Position numbers and translations under genes: made by a program
The notes under the pieces: model-generated
The model's database searches: none
What the model saw: the letters and a program-made list of their open reading frames with translations, nothing else
What the model was told of the DNA's origin: nothing
Shown here: piece by piece, positions 62,343-64,000 of the stretch
Layout of the letters: each line of letters starts with the position of its first letter
Position numbering within the stretch: the first letter of the stretch is position 1
NCBI GenBank assembly: GCA_027307335.1
Contig: DAHUXD010000054.1
Location: 4,611 to 68,610, forward strand
Length of the DNA: 64,000 nucleotides
Reading direction: 5' to 3'
Source of the DNA: Acidobacteriota bacterium
GTDB lineage: Bacteria; Acidobacteriota; Thermoanaerobaculia; UBA5066; Gp7-AA6

Positions 62343-63599
62343 CTACTTCAGGCGCACCCGGTCGTACGCATCCCACGCGCTCATGTCCGAGAGGATCACC
62401 GTGTCGCCGACCTTCAGCCCGTCGAGGATCTCGACGGTGTTCACCGAGCTCTTGCCGAGCCTGACCTTCACGCGCACGGCCTCGTCCCCGTCGGCGTTGA
62501 CGCGGAAGAGTCCGACCTGCGTCTTCTCCTGGCCGAACGCGGGCCGCCCGACGTAGAGGACGTCCTTCAGGCGGTCGAGCTCGATCGTGCCGTCGACCGA
62601 GAGGTCCGGCCGGGCGCCGGGCGGCAGCTCGCCCGTCAGCGCGACGTCGACGGTGACCGTGCCGTTCTGCACGCCCGGATCGATGCGCGAGACCTTGCCG
62701 TCGACCAGGCCGTTGCGCGTGTCGATCGACGCCGGCTGCCCGATCACGATGTCCTTCGCCTGCGTCTCCGCGATCTTCAGCTGCGCCTTGAGCTTCCTCG
62801 GTTCCGCGACCTTGGCGAGGACGGTGCCCGGCGCGACCTGCTGGCCCACCTGAACGGGCAGCTCCTGCAGCACGCCCGCGATGCCGGCGCGAACGTGCAG
62901 GGCCTCCTTCTGGCCGCGCTTCAGGTTCGCCAGCGCGCGGAGCGCCTGCACGTGGGCCTCCTGCACCGCGACCTGCGCGTCGGCCGCCTGCTGGACGCTC
63001 CCGACGCGCTTCTCCTCGATGGCGTTGCGCGTCGCGAGCTCCTCGGCCTTCACGCGCGAGAGCTTGACCGTCAGCTCGGCGATGAGCCCCTCCTTGTAGA
63101 GGCCCTCGTTCGTCGCCGCCTGGAGCTGTGCCTGGTGGAAGTCGGAGCGCACCATCGCCGCGGTCGCCTGCTGGTCCATGACCTCCTTGTCGGCCTGCGC
63201 GCGGACGTTCGAGAGCTCGGCCTCGGCGGCGCGCAGCTGCGACTCCGCGTCGAGCGCGTCGCGCTCGAGCACCGGGTTCGACATCTCGAGGAGGATCGTG
63301 TCGGGCTGGACCGGGACGCTTCCCGGAAGGCGGACGAGGCGCTCGATGCGCCCGTCCGTCGCCGCGGAGATGTAGCGGACCTCCTCGGGGACGAGCGTGC
63401 CGGGTCCGCGCACCTGCCGGAGCATTTCGCCGCGCTTGACGGTGTCCTTCCAGATCGCTCCCTTGTCGACCGTCGGCGCGGCCGGCTTCAGGCGGGACAG
63501 GCCCAGCGTGATGAGGAGAATCCCGGCCGCCGAAGCGGTGGCGATGACGATCCGCCGCTTCTTCTTCTTGTCGGCGAGGTCCTCGCGGATGATGTCCAC
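62343..63599 (-). CDS. Efflux periplasmic adaptor / membrane fusion protein (HlyD/MacA-like)
   Basis: N-terminal TM, VKRG...RGPGTLVP, coiled hairpin, GARPDLSVDG; probable GTG start at 63599. Confidence 0.9.
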   Translation of the reverse strand: MDIIREDLADKKKKRRIVIATASAAGILLITLGLSRLKPAAPTVDKGAIWKDTVKRGEMLRQVRGPGTLVPEEVRYISAATDGRIERLVRLPGSVPVQPDTILLEMSNPVLERDALDAESQLRAAEAELSNVRAQADKEVMDQQATAAMVRSDFHQAQLQAATNEGLYKEGLIAELTVKLSRVKAEELATRNAIEEKRVGSVQQAADAQVAVQEAHVQALRALANLKRGQKEALHVRAGIAGVLQELPVQVGQQVAPGTVLAKVAEPRKLKAQLKIAETQAKDIVIGQPASIDTRNGLVDGKVSRIDPGVQNGTVTVDVALTGELPPGARPDLSVDGTIELDRLKDVLYVGRPAFGQEKTQVGLFRVNADGDEAVRVKVRLGKSSVNTVEILDGLKVGDTVILSDMSAWDAYDRVRLK

Positions 63600-63613
63600 G
63601 GTGAGTCGCAAGG

Positions 63614-63628
63614 GCGAGAAACGTGCCA
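63614..63628 (-). promoter_or_regulatory. Sigma-54 (-24/-12) promoter of the adaptor-ABC-ADOP operon
   Basis: Minus strand TGGCACGTTTCTCGC versus consensus TGGCACGNNNNTTGC, with exact GG-N10-GC spacing. Confidence 0.75.
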
Positions 63629-63739
63629 GGCCTGGGGATCCATAAGTGCTTGCCCCCGTTGGGGCAGGGCGCCCCGCACGGCGGCTGCGCTGATCGGACC
63701 CGAGACGAATGTGTCCGTTTTCGAACGGTGGGCGGGACC

Positions 63740-64000
63740 CTAAGGGTGGGACGGGACGGCGACGCCGCGAGACGGTGTGTCGTACCGGGCGACGAGATCG
63801 TCGGGCAGGTGCGCCAGATCGGTGCCGCGGAGGTAGTCGCGTAGCGTCGTTCCCGTACAGGCCGAGTCGACGTTGGCGGCACCGCGCCCGGCCCGAACGT
63901 CGTCGATGTTGACCAGTCGAAAGTCGATCGAGAAGCGCGTCTTCCCCGAGGTGTTGGGCACGGTTGAGTGCATTTGCGCGCCGGAAAACATGATCAGGCC
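63740..64000 (-). CDS. C-terminal part of a probable Fe/2-oxoglutarate dioxygenase-like protein (truncated by the window end)
   Basis: FSGAQMHSTVPN..G.TRFSIDFR resembles the distal His...R-x-S motif of DSBH dioxygenases. Confidence 0.5.
   Translation of the reverse strand, partial: GLIMFSGAQMHSTVPNTSGKTRFSIDFRLVNIDDVRAGRGAANVDSACTGTTLRDYLRGTDLAHLPDDLVARYDTPSRGVAVPSHP

Noticed and set aside
61567..63882. 771-aa ORF suggesting an extended ATPase
   Set aside because: The N-terminal part is an alternative frame over the adaptor gene. The ATPase starts at ATG 62328 with its own SD.

Overview
High-GC bacterial chromosomal window (about 70% GC by eye). It is probably Acidobacteriota, inferred from multiple ADOP-type duplicated ABC permeases and an acidobacterial-type PadR. 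Left to right: DegP protease, NtrX-like regulator, pyrE, MBL hydrolase, LOG, two tRNA-Val genes, then thrS-infC(AUC start)-rpmI-rplT-pheS-pheT-zapB-zapA-[structured RNA]-rny-ymdB. Next come an envelope-glycosylation cluster and xseA-xseB-ispA. About 8.7 kb of accessory enzymes then sit where dxs usually lies, followed by tlyA-nadK-tamB-tamA. A minus-strand block encodes amidohydrolase, coaE, an Asp-box beta-propeller, a ubiquitin-like MoaD/ThiS protein, miaE and a GT-A-like protein. PadR-ADOP follows, then a ~16 kb minus-strand locus: adaptor, two ATPases, four full ADOP permeases, one internally deleted mini-permease, msrB and an NtrC-type two-component pair, behind a candidate sigma-54 promoter. 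The main hidden signal is two BCP/PrxQ peroxiredoxin genes missed or split by the ORF track. Each has an in-frame UGA exactly at the peroxidatic Cys, followed by a SECIS-like hairpin (predicted selenoproteins), and one carries a predicted signal peptide. Also notable: a -10 hexamer lies 6-8 nt before many start codons (leaderless pattern), and an unusual RNA occupies the 6S locus. No CRISPR array, integrase or transposase was seen.
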